In this document: in pieces, positions 46,715-57,426 of the stretch
How positions within the stretch are numbered: the first letter of the stretch is position 1
How the letters are laid out: the number at the start of each line of letters is the position of its first letter
Origin: a bacterium BMS3Abin15
GTDB taxonomy: Bacteria > Patescibacteriota > Minisyncoccia > Moranbacterales > 2-12-FULL-40-10
Length of the DNA: 64,000 nt
Assembly: GCA_002923195.1 (NCBI GenBank)
Contig: BDTH01000035.1
Coordinates: 1,146 to 65,145, forward strand
Direction of reading: 5' to 3'
Notes under the pieces: model-generated
The model's input: the letters and a program-made list of their open reading frames with translations, nothing else
Told to the model about the DNA's origin: nothing
Databases searched by the model: none
Program-made: the position numbers and the translations under genes

Positions 46715-47626
46715 TTAAATTGAAACTAAAACAATTCCGATGCCTATTAATAATATCGCTCCAATTTTCTGAGTCCAGTCCCAAAAAAATAACTTCTCTC
46801 CAAATAACTCCGGAAACTTAAGAGAAGCTACACTGGCTAGAATGAGAACGAAAACAAATTGAACGCTACTGAGTGCATTCACTATAGCCACATTCCCTAA
46901 ATATACGGCATAGCTCATAAGTATGGAGTAGCCTCCTCCTAAAGCTTTATTGCCAATAAATATCACGGCGGTAGACAAATTCTTCTTTTTATTCTTTCTA
47001 AAGCCTTTCAGGGAAGAAACTATTTCTTCTCTAAATGCGGGAATAGTTAATAGGCTTAATCCACCTGCAAAAAGACCCATTCTGGTCCAGATGAAACCAT
47101 TCACAAAAATATCATTATTGTATACATACTTAAAGATACTATAAGCTACGGCAAATAATACGCCACTTATAAGTGAATTATAAAAACCGTTAAATATCTT
47201 GAGTGATTTTATAGGAAGATCAAAAGATATTAGAAAGCCTCCTATTAATAAGAAAAACATTCCCCATAAATCAATTTGAGTGAATACATCTCCTAGAAAA
47301 ATTATAGATATAAATGATGTTGTAATTACTAATACTAAGCCGATCAGTGGAGCTACTCGTGAAATTTCATTAACTTTTACCGATCTGTAAAAAAACAGTA
47401 TAGCATAAATAAAAAGCATGCCCGAAACTATGGACGATACAAATAAGTCAAAGCTTTGTAGATAAAAACCAAAAGGAGCCAGAACTAAAGATACGAAGCT
47501 TAAAAGCGCCACATAGAAAGCGTAAACGGATGGTTTTGGAATTCTATCGCTGAGCAAAAACTTGTCCAGCACAAACGAGAGTGCCAAAATAAAATAAGCA
47601 ATAATAGCAATGACTATATAGTTCAT
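46715..47626 (-). CDS. EamA/DMT-superfamily-like transporter
   Basis: About 10 predicted TM helices in two halves. Confidence 0.55.
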   Translation of the reverse strand: MNYIVIAIIAYFILALSFVLDKFLLSDRIPKPSVYAFYVALLSFVSLVLAPFGFYLQSFDLFVSSIVSGMLFIYAILFFYRSVKVNEISRVAPLIGLVLVITTSFISIIFLGDVFTQIDLWGMFFLLIGGFLISFDLPIKSLKIFNGFYNSLISGVLFAVAYSIFKYVYNNDIFVNGFIWTRMGLFAGGLSLLTIPAFREEIVSSLKGFRKNKKKNLSTAVIFIGNKALGGGYSILMSYAVYLGNVAIVNALSSVQFVFVLILASVASLKFPELFGEKLFFWDWTQKIGAILLIGIGIVLVSI

Positions 47627-47703
47627 GATTATATTTTACATCAACCAGTTAATATTAAAAAGCGGGCGATTCCCCGCTTTCATAGCTAAAAAACAAACTG
47701 GCC

Positions 47704-48804
47704 TTAATCGTTTAATTTCTGGAAATACATATTTACATCACTGATCCATTTCTGAACACTGTATCTGCTATGACCTTCGCAAGTTGAGCCGCATTTCCAA
47801 ATTATCATTTTTTCCGGGGTGTTTAACTTATTGTTATTAACCAGCCATTCCAACCTTTTAGCTACTGTGTCCACCGCATCTTTCCGGCTGTTAAAACAAG
47901 TATGTCCACCAGTTCCCATCATTCTCCTCTTTCCACGATATCCCCAATAGTTATAACAATCTTGCTCGTTTAATACCGGAACACGCTTACCCCAATTACT
48001 TTCTTTCTTGGCAATACCGATAAGGAAAGCAACAACGATTTTATCTTTCTCTACTATATAGGGAACCATTTTTTCTATAGGATATCCTTCGACCATTTTT
48101 TTTATTTCTTTTTCAAGCTCCCTTTTCTCACTTTTCTCTAGATTTTGAATAACTTTTTCTATGTATTCAACATTGTCCTGATTGTCAATTTCGTCTTCAT
48201 CTGAAGAATCCTCCGCTCCCAAAACTTGAGACTCTGTCAAAAGAACAGGGGAGCTGTCTGAATCTTTTTGCACTATAGAACTACCATCAGTACTTCCAGC
48301 AAAAGCCCCTTGACCTAAATGCCTATAAATCATAGTCATCGTAAACATTCCAAAAAGAATAGCTGCTATTATGGAAGCATTCCATAATTTGACCACTGAA
48401 AATCTCTCGATGACATTCCTAGATCCGACCGATAACTCTTCTCCGAATTTTTCACACCGTTGCAATAATTTCTTATACAGAAACGATGTGTCTTTTTGCC
48501 TTGGCACGCGCTCTATATATCCTTTTATCACCCTAGCACTAAGACTATCCCAGTCCTTGACTGACTGATTCAGGGCAACTCCTTTCTCAAATAATTTCTG
48601 CTCTCTAGGTGTGATGTATAGCTTAGAATCTTCAGTAAAAAAACAATCCGTTCTCTTACCTTGAGAAAACAGAGTTGATTTAGATTTATTAAATTGATGA
48701 TCGTGGATTATTTTTCGCGCTATTTCAAGGTCAGTAAGACCAATGCTTGTTTTTTGAATTAAAGCGCTATCCAGTGAATAATTTATGTTTTTATTTTTAC
48801 TCAT
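47704..48804 (-). CDS. hypothetical membrane protein with a conserved-looking Cys/Trp-rich C-terminal domain
   Basis: One TM helix mid-protein. C-terminal KKESNWGKR...YNYWGYRG...CGSTCEGH. No family recognised. Confidence 0.45.
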   Translation of the reverse strand: MSKNKNINYSLDSALIQKTSIGLTDLEIARKIIHDHQFNKSKSTLFSQGKRTDCFFTEDSKLYITPREQKLFEKGVALNQSVKDWDSLSARVIKGYIERVPRQKDTSFLYKKLLQRCEKFGEELSVGSRNVIERFSVVKLWNASIIAAILFGMFTMTMIYRHLGQGAFAGSTDGSSIVQKDSDSSPVLLTESQVLGAEDSSDEDEIDNQDNVEYIEKVIQNLEKSEKRELEKEIKKMVEGYPIEKMVPYIVEKDKIVVAFLIGIAKKESNWGKRVPVLNEQDCYNYWGYRGKRRMMGTGGHTCFNSRKDAVDTVAKRLEWLVNNNKLNTPEKMIIWKCGSTCEGHSRYSVQKWISDVNMYFQKLND

Positions 48805-48871
48805 TCAGTAAAATATACTCAATTACCCCCTTGGTAAATATTATATAATTCCTTGGTTTTTTGGGCAAATT

Positions 48872-49246
48872 TTAAAGTCCAGCTTCCTTTTTAAAAAATT
48901 CTGTAACATTCGGCGTGCCAATCAGGCATTCTCCGCGGGTGTAAAGGAAGGGGACACCAATATTGGATATATCCAAGCCACACTCCCTTGCTCTATCATT
49001 CATCTCATTTTTGTTACCCTGGTTACTCCAAACTTCTTTTTTAGAAAAACTAACTTTTTCAGCTATATTGTTCTCTTCTAAAAACTTTGCTACATCTTGG
49101 CAATGCGGACACTCCTCTCCGTAATAATAAACAATCTCATTCACTGGTTTTGAAACCTCTTCCTCTGGCTGATTCAACCCCCAAACAATAAACCCGCCAA
49201 TAACTGCAACTGTCGCTAATATTAAATATATTTTCTTACTTTCCAT
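48872..49246 (-). CDS. membrane-anchored thioredoxin/glutaredoxin-like protein
   Basis: N-terminal TM helix. CPHC redox motif. Confidence 0.65.
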   Translation of the reverse strand: MESKKIYLILATVAVIGGFIVWGLNQPEEEVSKPVNEIVYYYGEECPHCQDVAKFLEENNIAEKVSFSKKEVWSNQGNKNEMNDRARECGLDISNIGVPFLYTRGECLIGTPNVTEFFKKEAGL

Positions 49247-49254
49247 ATTGCTAA

Positions 49255-50088
49255 TTATATAACTTTTTTATCCCTTTGTAAAAGATAGATGGCCACAGCC
49301 ATAAATACCAATATTAACGAGAATAACTGCCCCAGAGTCAGCCCTGAAATCAAGCCAATTTGATGATCTGGCTGGCGGAAGAATTCTATAAAAAAGCGGA
49401 AAAATCCGTAGCCAAAAAGATATAAGCCCGATAGAATCCCCGGCCTGTTACGTAACTTGTTACGTAACAGCCACAGAACGGCGAATAAAACAATTCCTTC
49501 AAAAAAGGCTTCATAAAGCTGGGATGGATGGCGAAGCAATCCCAGCGGATCCGAAGGAAAGTACATTCCCCAAATTTTATCAGTTACCCGGCCGTATAAT
49601 TCCCCGTTAAGAAAATTGCCAATCCTTCCAAAAAAGTATCCAGCCGGAACTGCCGGAATAATAAAATCGGATAATTTCCAAAAGGATATATTATTCTTGC
49701 GAGCAAGAATCACCAATCCTAAAATTACTCCAACTAGTCCTCCGAAGTAACTCATGCCATAAAATCCGGTAACCAGTAATCCATAGTCAGTAATTTGCAA
49801 TGGAAGGATTATTTCAAGAGGATTGCTTATGAAGTAGGGCAAATTATAGAAAACCACATATCCCAAACGGCCTCCAATAAGTACGCCCAGCATGGAATAG
49901 AAAATAATATCAACAATTAAGTCTCTATTAAAATTACTTTCTCCCTTTTTGATTCTCCAGATTAGCAAAAAGTAAACGACTGCAAACGCAATCAGGTACA
50001 TAAGCGAATACCAGCGAATAGAAAAAGAACCGACTGAGAAGGCAATCGGATCTAGGTAGTGGGGAATATTTTGATAAAATTGTAACAT
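49255..50088 (-). CDS. lgt: prolipoprotein diacylglyceryl transferase
   Basis: GGRLGYV, GRIGNFLNGELYG, HPSQLYE motifs. Confidence 0.9.
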   Translation of the reverse strand: MLQFYQNIPHYLDPIAFSVGSFSIRWYSLMYLIAFAVVYFLLIWRIKKGESNFNRDLIVDIIFYSMLGVLIGGRLGYVVFYNLPYFISNPLEIILPLQITDYGLLVTGFYGMSYFGGLVGVILGLVILARKNNISFWKLSDFIIPAVPAGYFFGRIGNFLNGELYGRVTDKIWGMYFPSDPLGLLRHPSQLYEAFFEGIVLFAVLWLLRNKLRNRPGILSGLYLFGYGFFRFFIEFFRQPDHQIGLISGLTLGQLFSLILVFMAVAIYLLQRDKKVI

Positions 50089-50111
50089 GTTATAAGTTAC
50101 ATACTTATAAA

Positions 50112-51149
50112 TTAAACATTTTCAGCTGCGTAGATTTCCCAGAGGGTTAAAAAGAAAGCCATAATGATAGGACCGATTATGAAGCCTGCAAGCCCAAAAA
50201 CAATAATCCCGCCTACAGTGGAAAAAAAGACCAGAAGGGGATGCATCTGAGTGTCACGCCCTATTAATTTCGGACGAAGCAAATTATCAATAGTAGAAAT
50301 TATTCCCAGGCCTACTGCTAGAATAATAATCCCTTGCCAAATATTTCCCAAAAATATCATTATCATTCCCGCTGGAAACCAAACTAAACCTGATCCCAAA
50401 ATTGGAATAACAGACAGAATGGTCATCACTACTCCCCAAATAACAGGAGATGAAACTCCTACCAAAGCTAGAGTCACGCCCCCAATAAATCCCTGAATGA
50501 TACCAATGATTAACATTCCTTTAAGGGTTGCCCGGCTTATAGAAACAAATTTTTCAACCAGCATCTTTTCATGATTATCACTGAGGGGACTAAGATAAAT
50601 AATTTTCTTAATTATATTTTTTCCCTCAATCAAGAAATAATAAAGGGCAAAGAACGTTACGAAAGCCCAGAATGCAAATCCAGCTATGCCCTTATAGGTT
50701 TTTTGGACAATAGCCAGAGTTCCCACAGCCAGGCTCTTTGCTGATTCAACCAATTCTTTTTGGCTTAGCATATTTTCTAGATTCAATGATCGCAGAAAGG
50801 GAGAATTTTCAAAACGATCTACTACGTTATCTGCCAACTTTTGATAAGCATTTCCGTCAGATGAAATATCCCTATAAACATCGTTAGCTTCATTAGCTAC
50901 GAGGCCCAGAATAGTAAGAAGTAAAAAGATAAAGATAAAGATAACTAAAGCGGAGGTTAGGATTGAACTAACTCCTCGGCGCTTCCCAGTAATTTTCAGA
51001 AAGAAATTGTAGGGTTTTTGGGAAATAATAGCCAAAACAACTGCTGCTAGGATAGCAGTTAAAAAGGGTTTAAAAATAAAAAATGCAACTACGCTAACTA
51101 ACACCAGCGCTAAAAAGAAAAAATGATTGCTGTAATTTTTCAAAGTCAT
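50112..51149 (-). CDS. AI-2E family transporter (PerM-like)
   Basis: 8 TM helices, ~345 aa, DNLLRPKLIG motif. Confidence 0.8.
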   Translation of the reverse strand: MTLKNYSNHFFFLALVLVSVVAFFIFKPFLTAILAAVVLAIISQKPYNFFLKITGKRRGVSSILTSALVIFIFIFLLLTILGLVANEANDVYRDISSDGNAYQKLADNVVDRFENSPFLRSLNLENMLSQKELVESAKSLAVGTLAIVQKTYKGIAGFAFWAFVTFFALYYFLIEGKNIIKKIIYLSPLSDNHEKMLVEKFVSISRATLKGMLIIGIIQGFIGGVTLALVGVSSPVIWGVVMTILSVIPILGSGLVWFPAGMIMIFLGNIWQGIIILAVGLGIISTIDNLLRPKLIGRDTQMHPLLVFFSTVGGIIVFGLAGFIIGPIIMAFFLTLWEIYAAENV

Positions 51150-51183
51150 AGTTTTCTGACTTACTTTATAGTTTAATAATATA

Positions 51184-53877
51184 TTATTTTTTACTTCTAA
51201 TCAAAAACCTGAATTTGAATGCCTCTAGAATAAATAATTCTATAATACTCACCCCCAGAATTATTCCCCAATCGCTAATTCCTAAAGGAATAGTTTGAAG
51301 CAATTTTTGGAAAGGAGGAAAATAAATTCCAGCCAGGAGGAACGCGAGAGATATTAATACTGCGCCATTAAGAAATTTATTGGAAAAAACTTGAGAATTA
51401 AAAACTGATTGTTTGAACGAACGAACACTGAAGGCAAATATTAAAGAGTCAAAAGCTATAAGAGCAAAGATTAAGGTTCTGGTTTTTTCTAAATCTCCGA
51501 AATATTTTAAGGCAAAGAAGAAAGTTCCCAAGGCTGCCAGACCGGATACGAGAAATACTGCTATCATAAATTTTTTATAAGCCCTGTTGAGAATCGGCTC
51601 CCCAAGACCACGAGGCTTTTCCTGCATTAATCCCCTTGTGTCTTTCTCAGTAGTTAGAGCAATATCTGGAAAACCGTCTTCAACTAGATTTATCCATAAA
51701 ATCTGAATGGGATAAAGTGGAAAAGGAAGACCCAGGGCTATGGATGAAAAAAATAGGAACAGCTCAGAAAAATCATCCGCTATCAAATAAATTATTACCC
51801 GGCGTATATTTTGGACAATAAGCCGCCCTTGCTCAATAGCTTTAACTATAACTGAAAAACTATTATCCAAAAGGATAATGTCGGAAACACCCTTGGCGAT
51901 ATCCGTTCCGGAACCGATAGCTATTCCTACATCTGCCGCTTTAAGTGCAGGAGCATCATTAATTCCATCTCCGACCATAGCTACTATTTCGCCTCTAGAT
52001 TGAAAAGCGCGAATTATGCGGATTTTATGAATGGGAAGTACCCGGGCAAAAATTGATACCTTGCCTACTTTCTCCTCTAGCTCCTTGTCAGACATTAATT
52101 CCAAATCCTTACCTTCTAAAATCTTAGCTTTATCTATTTCATATCCTAATTCTTTCATTATAGAGCTGGCAGTATTTTTGTGGTCTCCAGTGACAATGAC
52201 CGGTCTGACTCCCGCCTTTTCAGCAATCTTGATAGATTGACTGACATCCTGGCGAAGAGGATCTTTCAAGGCGATAAAACCAACTAGATGGAGGTTATTT
52301 ATTTCCTTTTCCCATTCGTCTCCGGAATATTTTTCTAAATCGTCCAGGGATATTTTTTTTGACCCGCAGGCCAGCACCCTAAGTCCTTGATTTGTCAATT
52401 CTTCCACCCTATTTATAAGTTCCCTGCCCTTACGAGAAGTTAAATGTTCGCTTTTCTTATTAATTTCCATACGGCCGGATCTTTTTATGGCTATTTCTGG
52501 AGCTCCTAGAAAATAAATTGTCGCTTGATTTTTGCCTGTTTGGTAAATATGAATTGCGTACTTTTTATCTGAATTAAAAGGAATCTCCTTCAACAGCGAA
52601 AGAGGTTTTTCCAATTCATCTTTTTGGATTCCGGCATTAGCCCCGGCTATCAGAAGAGCACGGTCAGTCGGACGTCCGCGTATAATCCAGCGCGAAAATT
52701 CGTCGTCAGGGTTTTCTATATAAGCATCATTTACCAGGGTGGCAATTTCCAATACTTTAATATGCAGCTCGAGCCTATCAGAGTGATAAATATTACTTAA
52801 TTCTCCATTATGGTGAAGGAGCTCCTTTTCTCCGGTAAGCACATGACTTACTTGCATTTTTCCCTGAGTCAGTGTTCCTGTTTTATCCATGCAAATTACA
52901 GTGACCGAGCCCATCGTTTCATTAGAATTTAGTTTTCTAACTAATGCTTTCTGTTTGGCTAACCTTCTCATTCCTAAAATAAGAATAACTGTTATAGCTG
53001 GTAGTAGTCCTGCCGGAACAGCGCTGACAATTAAGGCAATAGAGGTAATGAAGACATTACGAAGATCTTCTCCGCGAAAAACATTTATGGTAGCAAAAAC
53101 AGCGATAGAAATAATTATGGCTACCCCCATTAATCGTGAGAGGTGCATAAATTTTCTTTGAATAGGGGCCATAGTTTCCTTTTCTTTTTTTATCATTTTG
53201 GAAATTTCGCCGAGTTGGGTATTTATTCCTGTTGCGGCAACAATAAACAAAGCCCTGCCTTCCTCTACAATGCTTCCTAAGAAAACCGAGTTTGACCTTT
53301 CATTTACTTCTGTGTTTTCATCTAATTTCTCTTCATTTTTTTCCACTCCTATCCATTCCCCCGTTAGCATTGATTCATCAATTCTTAAACCTTGCGATGA
53401 AATTATTCTTCCATCCGCTGGCACTCTGTCACCGGATTGAATTTCAACAATGTCTCCTAATGTCAGATCTTCACTAAGAATTTCTTTTTTTCTTCCCTCT
53501 CTTATCACCCGGCAATAAAACTTGGCAGACTTTTTCAATTTTTCCAGTGTTTTTTCCGCTTTGTTTTCCTGTATGAATCCGACTACGGTATTAATTAAAA
53601 TAACAAAAATAATAAAGAATGAGTCTGTTAGATGGCCGACAAAAAAAGACGCAATCGCTGCGCCGATTATAATAAACATCAAGGGGCTATTGAATTGGTT
53701 TAGGAAAAGCATCAAACGAGAAAATTTCTTCTCTTTGGGTAGGATATTTTTTCCCAGTTTATTTAAGCGCCCAAGAGCTTCATCGCAAGAAAGTCCCTCG
53801 CGGGACGTTTCTAAAATTTCCAAAGTCTGGTCGGCAGAAATGGAATAATAAGGTCGCGGCTTGGATAAGTTTTCCAT
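51184..53877 (-). CDS. cation-transporting P-type ATPase (type II, Ca2+/Mg2+-like)
   Basis: TGE, CMDKTGTLT, TGDHKNTA, GDGINDAPAL motifs. 10 TM helices. 897 aa. Confidence 0.9.
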   Translation of the reverse strand: MENLSKPRPYYSISADQTLEILETSREGLSCDEALGRLNKLGKNILPKEKKFSRLMLFLNQFNSPLMFIIIGAAIASFFVGHLTDSFFIIFVILINTVVGFIQENKAEKTLEKLKKSAKFYCRVIREGRKKEILSEDLTLGDIVEIQSGDRVPADGRIISSQGLRIDESMLTGEWIGVEKNEEKLDENTEVNERSNSVFLGSIVEEGRALFIVAATGINTQLGEISKMIKKEKETMAPIQRKFMHLSRLMGVAIIISIAVFATINVFRGEDLRNVFITSIALIVSAVPAGLLPAITVILILGMRRLAKQKALVRKLNSNETMGSVTVICMDKTGTLTQGKMQVSHVLTGEKELLHHNGELSNIYHSDRLELHIKVLEIATLVNDAYIENPDDEFSRWIIRGRPTDRALLIAGANAGIQKDELEKPLSLLKEIPFNSDKKYAIHIYQTGKNQATIYFLGAPEIAIKRSGRMEINKKSEHLTSRKGRELINRVEELTNQGLRVLACGSKKISLDDLEKYSGDEWEKEINNLHLVGFIALKDPLRQDVSQSIKIAEKAGVRPVIVTGDHKNTASSIMKELGYEIDKAKILEGKDLELMSDKELEEKVGKVSIFARVLPIHKIRIIRAFQSRGEIVAMVGDGINDAPALKAADVGIAIGSGTDIAKGVSDIILLDNSFSVIVKAIEQGRLIVQNIRRVIIYLIADDFSELFLFFSSIALGLPFPLYPIQILWINLVEDGFPDIALTTEKDTRGLMQEKPRGLGEPILNRAYKKFMIAVFLVSGLAALGTFFFALKYFGDLEKTRTLIFALIAFDSLIFAFSVRSFKQSVFNSQVFSNKFLNGAVLISLAFLLAGIYFPPFQKLLQTIPLGISDWGIILGVSIIELFILEAFKFRFLIRSKK

Positions 53878-53904
53878 ATAACATATAGGAATTAAACAAG
53901 TGTT

Positions 53905-55104
53905 TTATTTATACTTTTCTATTAAGTACTGCCTGAGTTCCCAGAATCTCTTGGCCTGTTCCTTTATTTCTTCTTCTGACTCCTCATGGCTCATATCTAA
54001 AGTTCTTCTTATAAAAGAAATTAGTCTTCCAAAATATAGTGGCCTAAGCGCCTCAACAAGTCCCATGTTCAAATCAGTAGTATCGTAGGCATAAACACAA
54101 TCATACAAAACTTTAGTCCACAACGTTTTGCCAATATCTATCTCTTCCTCTTTATACATATCGTCTATTTTGCCGAAAATCTCAGGAGTCAGCGCCCGTT
54201 TTAATATATCCCTGTTAATCTTATATTCAAAAATAGAAGTTATTTTCATGCTTTTATAATCAACTCCCATCGGCTGGGGATGTCCCGATTTCTTTCTGCC
54301 AAACATTGGGATATTTACAACCTTATCCGTTTTCATCCACTTGTCTTTAGATATGATAATTTGCTTAAGGATCGTAGCTACAACCTGGGAAAACATCGGT
54401 CCCAATTTCGGAGCACTGGGCTTATGGATTTTCTGCCCCAAGCTTACCTGGCATATTTTATAATCTCCGATTATAGCTTCTAGTGTCATAAAAATATCAA
54501 CGCCGTATTGCTTAGTAGGTTTATGCCATTTTTTCGCTATCCAGCTATTTACTATCCTGCTTGAAAAAGAAAAATCACCGCCAATTGGCTGGCGCAAGTC
54601 AATTCCATAAAGACCATAGACTAAAGGATAGGCAATGTTATTAGTAATGGTGCCGTCATATTCATTTCTAGAATAATAGGGGGTAACAAAGTCGTATTTC
54701 TTATTTAAAATAGGATCCAGAAAAGCTTTAACCCATTCTGGAGTAATACTTTGCATATCAGCATCAACAACCGTTACTGCCTGAGCGTCCAATTCTTTAA
54801 CTTGATTAAATAGATTTAAAAAGTTATTTCCTTTTCCCCTTACGCCGTTACAAGTAGAAACATATATCTTGGGATTGACTGTTTTAGTCTCCATGAAAAC
54901 TTTACCTGTTCCGTCCGGAGAATTATTATCAACATTTATGATTACGCATTTGTACTTTTTATAGTATTTTCTCAGGCCCTTATCTACCGTCTCGACAACA
55001 AATCTAATGTTGTCTGCTTCGTTAAGCGACGGTATACCTATTATAATATCCGCCGTCTTCACATTCTGCGGGTTTTTTATAGTGCATTTAGACTTTTCAT
55101 TCAT
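53905..55104 (-). CDS. GT-A fold glycosyltransferase (GT2-like; possibly glucosyl/mannosyl-glycerate synthase-like)
   Basis: IIGIPSLNEADNI...INVDNNSPDGT...VVDADM (DxD). The specific activity is not determinable by eye. Confidence 0.6.
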   Translation of the reverse strand: MNEKSKCTIKNPQNVKTADIIIGIPSLNEADNIRFVVETVDKGLRKYYKKYKCVIINVDNNSPDGTGKVFMETKTVNPKIYVSTCNGVRGKGNNFLNLFNQVKELDAQAVTVVDADMQSITPEWVKAFLDPILNKKYDFVTPYYSRNEYDGTITNNIAYPLVYGLYGIDLRQPIGGDFSFSSRIVNSWIAKKWHKPTKQYGVDIFMTLEAIIGDYKICQVSLGQKIHKPSAPKLGPMFSQVVATILKQIIISKDKWMKTDKVVNIPMFGRKKSGHPQPMGVDYKSMKITSIFEYKINRDILKRALTPEIFGKIDDMYKEEEIDIGKTLWTKVLYDCVYAYDTTDLNMGLVEALRPLYFGRLISFIRRTLDMSHEESEEEIKEQAKRFWELRQYLIEKYK

Positions 55105-55244
55105 TTCGTTTAAGATTAGTTTGTTCTGTATCTAATTCTAATCTATTGGAGAGAAATATTCAAACGATTAATATTTCTCTGACAGAAATAAAAAACACGT
55201 ACCGTGGTACGTACCAATAAAACATAATTCTTGTCCTTCGACAA

Positions 55245-55949
55245 CTATTGTTTCTTTTCGCTTTCTTTTTCTTGCTCAACAGCTTCTTTGTGAATGACTT
55301 GTTCCGACTTGTGAAATTTCAAGATTGAAAAAACGACCAGACTGCCCAGTATGACGCCGATTAGGTTAAATGTAAAAGTAAGAAACGCCAGCCGGGATAT
55401 GTAAAAATCAAAATTGCTTAATCCTATTCCTAATGCACTGAGCGGGGGCACCAATGAAACAGCAATTGCCAATCCAGGAAGGACATCGGCTACTTCTTTT
55501 CTGGTCCAGGCAAAAGTTGCTGCTACTCCTGAAGTCACAGCTACTACGAAATAGAGGATAGCTACACGGAGAGAGTCCCCGAAAATCAACGAATCTGGTT
55601 GAGTGCCAAACAATAAAGCCAACACAAAAGAGACAGCGATAATAATGAAAGCTGATTTTAAGACCAGAAAGGACAATGATCTCATAGCCTTCATCTCCCC
55701 CACACTGATACTTAACGCAATTACAAGAATAGGGGTAAGAAAGGGGGTAACCAATATCCCCCCAATAATAATTATAGGATTGACCAAGAGTAATCCACAG
55801 GCGATGATTAATGAGGACAAGATTAACAGCGTATAGTAAACGGGGTTAGCCTGACAATTATCAAAAAGCTCTTCTACTGTTCGGTACTGCTCAGACTTGG
55901 TAACGTCCAGTATATTATCTGTTTTACAAGCCTTATTTTTGTCGGACAT
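55245..55949 (-). CDS. DUF389-like polytopic membrane protein
   Basis: About 6 TM helices with a PLSALGIGL-type segment. Weak family recognition. Confidence 0.45.
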   Translation of the reverse strand: MSDKNKACKTDNILDVTKSEQYRTVEELFDNCQANPVYYTLLILSSLIIACGLLLVNPIIIIGGILVTPFLTPILVIALSISVGEMKAMRSLSFLVLKSAFIIIAVSFVLALLFGTQPDSLIFGDSLRVAILYFVVAVTSGVAATFAWTRKEVADVLPGLAIAVSLVPPLSALGIGLSNFDFYISRLAFLTFTFNLIGVILGSLVVFSILKFHKSEQVIHKEAVEQEKESEKKQ

Positions 55950-55997
55950 ATTATAGTTCTTAATATTATTTTTATTGTAACATAGATTAGCCTTCAG

Positions 55998-56573
55998 CTA
56001 AAAATTACATTCTCCGCATTCGCCTAACTCGCACACTGTAAATGTAGGCCTGTCTCTTTCACCTATACCAAACTTGCTAACTCCTTCACCCTCCTGGCAG
56101 ATAACAGTATGGGATGCTGACTCGGAAACATCAGATCCTGACGGGGAATTGTGATTGTCATCGTTATTGCTTCCAGTTCCATTATTACTACCGTTGCCAT
56201 CACTGTCTTCTTCAGATTCTTCCCCCTCAAAATAGAAAGTATTTTTATCTCTAGCATATCCATTTTCCAAAACCTCAAAGGTGCTGGCATCGACACCACT
56301 CATTGGATTGCCTCGATAATAAACTATTCCGGTTTCTTTGTTTATTGCATAGCCATTCCCTAAATTTTCAAAGTCGCTATTGATAACAATATTGGATCCA
56401 AAATCGTCCCATTCGTCTATATCTTTCCCGATTTTTTCCTGAAGCTTGATATTATTTGGAATACTTCTGGATAAATCTTCGATCTTGCTGCTATAGTAAG
56501 ATTGGATAATAAGGATAGCCACTATAGCAGCCAGAACAGCAATTGATATTATAGCTAAAGCTTTTTTATTCAT
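55998..56573 (-). CDS. membrane-anchored DKNYY-repeat-like protein with a Cys-rich tail
   Basis: VDASTFEVLENGYARDKNTFYFEG resembles DKNYY repeats. N-terminal TM helix. C-terminal CxxGECGEC. Confidence 0.5.
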   Translation of the reverse strand: MNKKALAIISIAVLAAIVAILIIQSYYSSKIEDLSRSIPNNIKLQEKIGKDIDEWDDFGSNIVINSDFENLGNGYAINKETGIVYYRGNPMSGVDASTFEVLENGYARDKNTFYFEGEESEEDSDGNGSNNGTGSNNDDNHNSPSGSDVSESASHTVICQEGEGVSKFGIGERDRPTFTVCELGECGECNF

Positions 56574-56806
56574 CCCGTTAGATATAAGTGAGTTATTTAA
56601 TCCTGCCAGACATTAACAGAATATCTAACGGGATTCATAATCCAATTCTACCCCATTAAAATATTTTGGTAAACCCGCACACCAAATTTTTGTGTGCGGG
56701 CAAAGATTTAACCCCAGAACCACAGCTCCGCTGACTACGAGGCAGGCGGGGCAAGCCATAAAAAAATAATCCCGCCAAAGCAATGGATTATATAGACATA
56801 AATAAG

Positions 56807-56830
56807 AAAACCCCGCACTCGCGGGGTTTT
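56807..56830. terminator. hairpin terminator downstream of cspA
   Basis: aaaaccccgc-actc-gcggggtttt. Confidence 0.8.
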
Positions 56831-56849
56831 CTTTATATACGTAATTTTT

Positions 56850-57050
56850 TTATATACGTGATACTTTGGTTGCGTTCGGTCCTTTAGGACTTTCGCTAAC
56901 CTCAAACTCAACCTGATCGCCTTCTTTTAATTCATTGAACTGCACACCTTGCAACTCATTTGAATGAAAGAATAGGTCCTTGTCTTGTCCCTCACGAGAG
57001 ATAAAACCGAATCCACGATCCATTAATCGAGCAATTGTTCCTTTTTCCAT
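56850..57050 (-). CDS. cspA: cold-shock protein (CspA family)
   Basis: MEKGTIARLMDRGFGFISREGQDKDLFFH (RNP1/RNP2). Start moved to the internal ATG at 57050. Confidence 0.9.
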   Translation of the reverse strand: MEKGTIARLMDRGFGFISREGQDKDLFFHSNELQGVQFNELKEGDQVEFEVSESPKGPNATKVSRI

Positions 57051-57240
57051 TGTAAATTGATAATTAGTTAAACGCACACAGTACAATGCAAAGAAAAGCT
57101 CGACTACGCTACTATTGCAAAAACCATTGTGACGTAACGAGTATAGCATGTAACATTATCCTTGTCAAGCGTTAGCTCCATGTTGATCATAATCAGGATA
57201 TTGCTGGATTTTATGCACTTTTGGAATAAATTAATAAACA

Positions 57241-57272
57241 AAAGGCCGCCTCAGTAAATATATCGAGGCGGC
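57241..57272 (-). terminator. rho-independent terminator of the small Cys-ORF transcript
   Basis: gccgcctc / gaggcggc stem with a T-run on the minus strand. Confidence 0.75.
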
Positions 57273-57351
57273 TTAGATACAAGTAAAATCAGCAGTTGCT
57301 GAACCCGTGCAATGGTCGTTATTATCGTCTGTATGTATTTCCAATATAATC

Positions 57352-57426
57352 CTATTTTCGAATTCTTTTAAGAGGAACTTCCTGCCCGCATTCATTACAC
57401 TTTCCAAACTTTTTATTATCGCTCAT
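57352..57426 (-). CDS. SD-led small ORF, 24 aa (MSDNKKFGKCNECGQEVPLKRIRK), possibly the frameshifted 5' part of a ~50-aa Cys-containing protein
   Basis: Perfect SD aaggaggt 6 nt upstream of the ATG. An overlapping +1-frame ORF continues to 57276 (see findings). Confidence 0.5.
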   Translation of the reverse strand: MSDNKKFGKCNECGQEVPLKRIRK

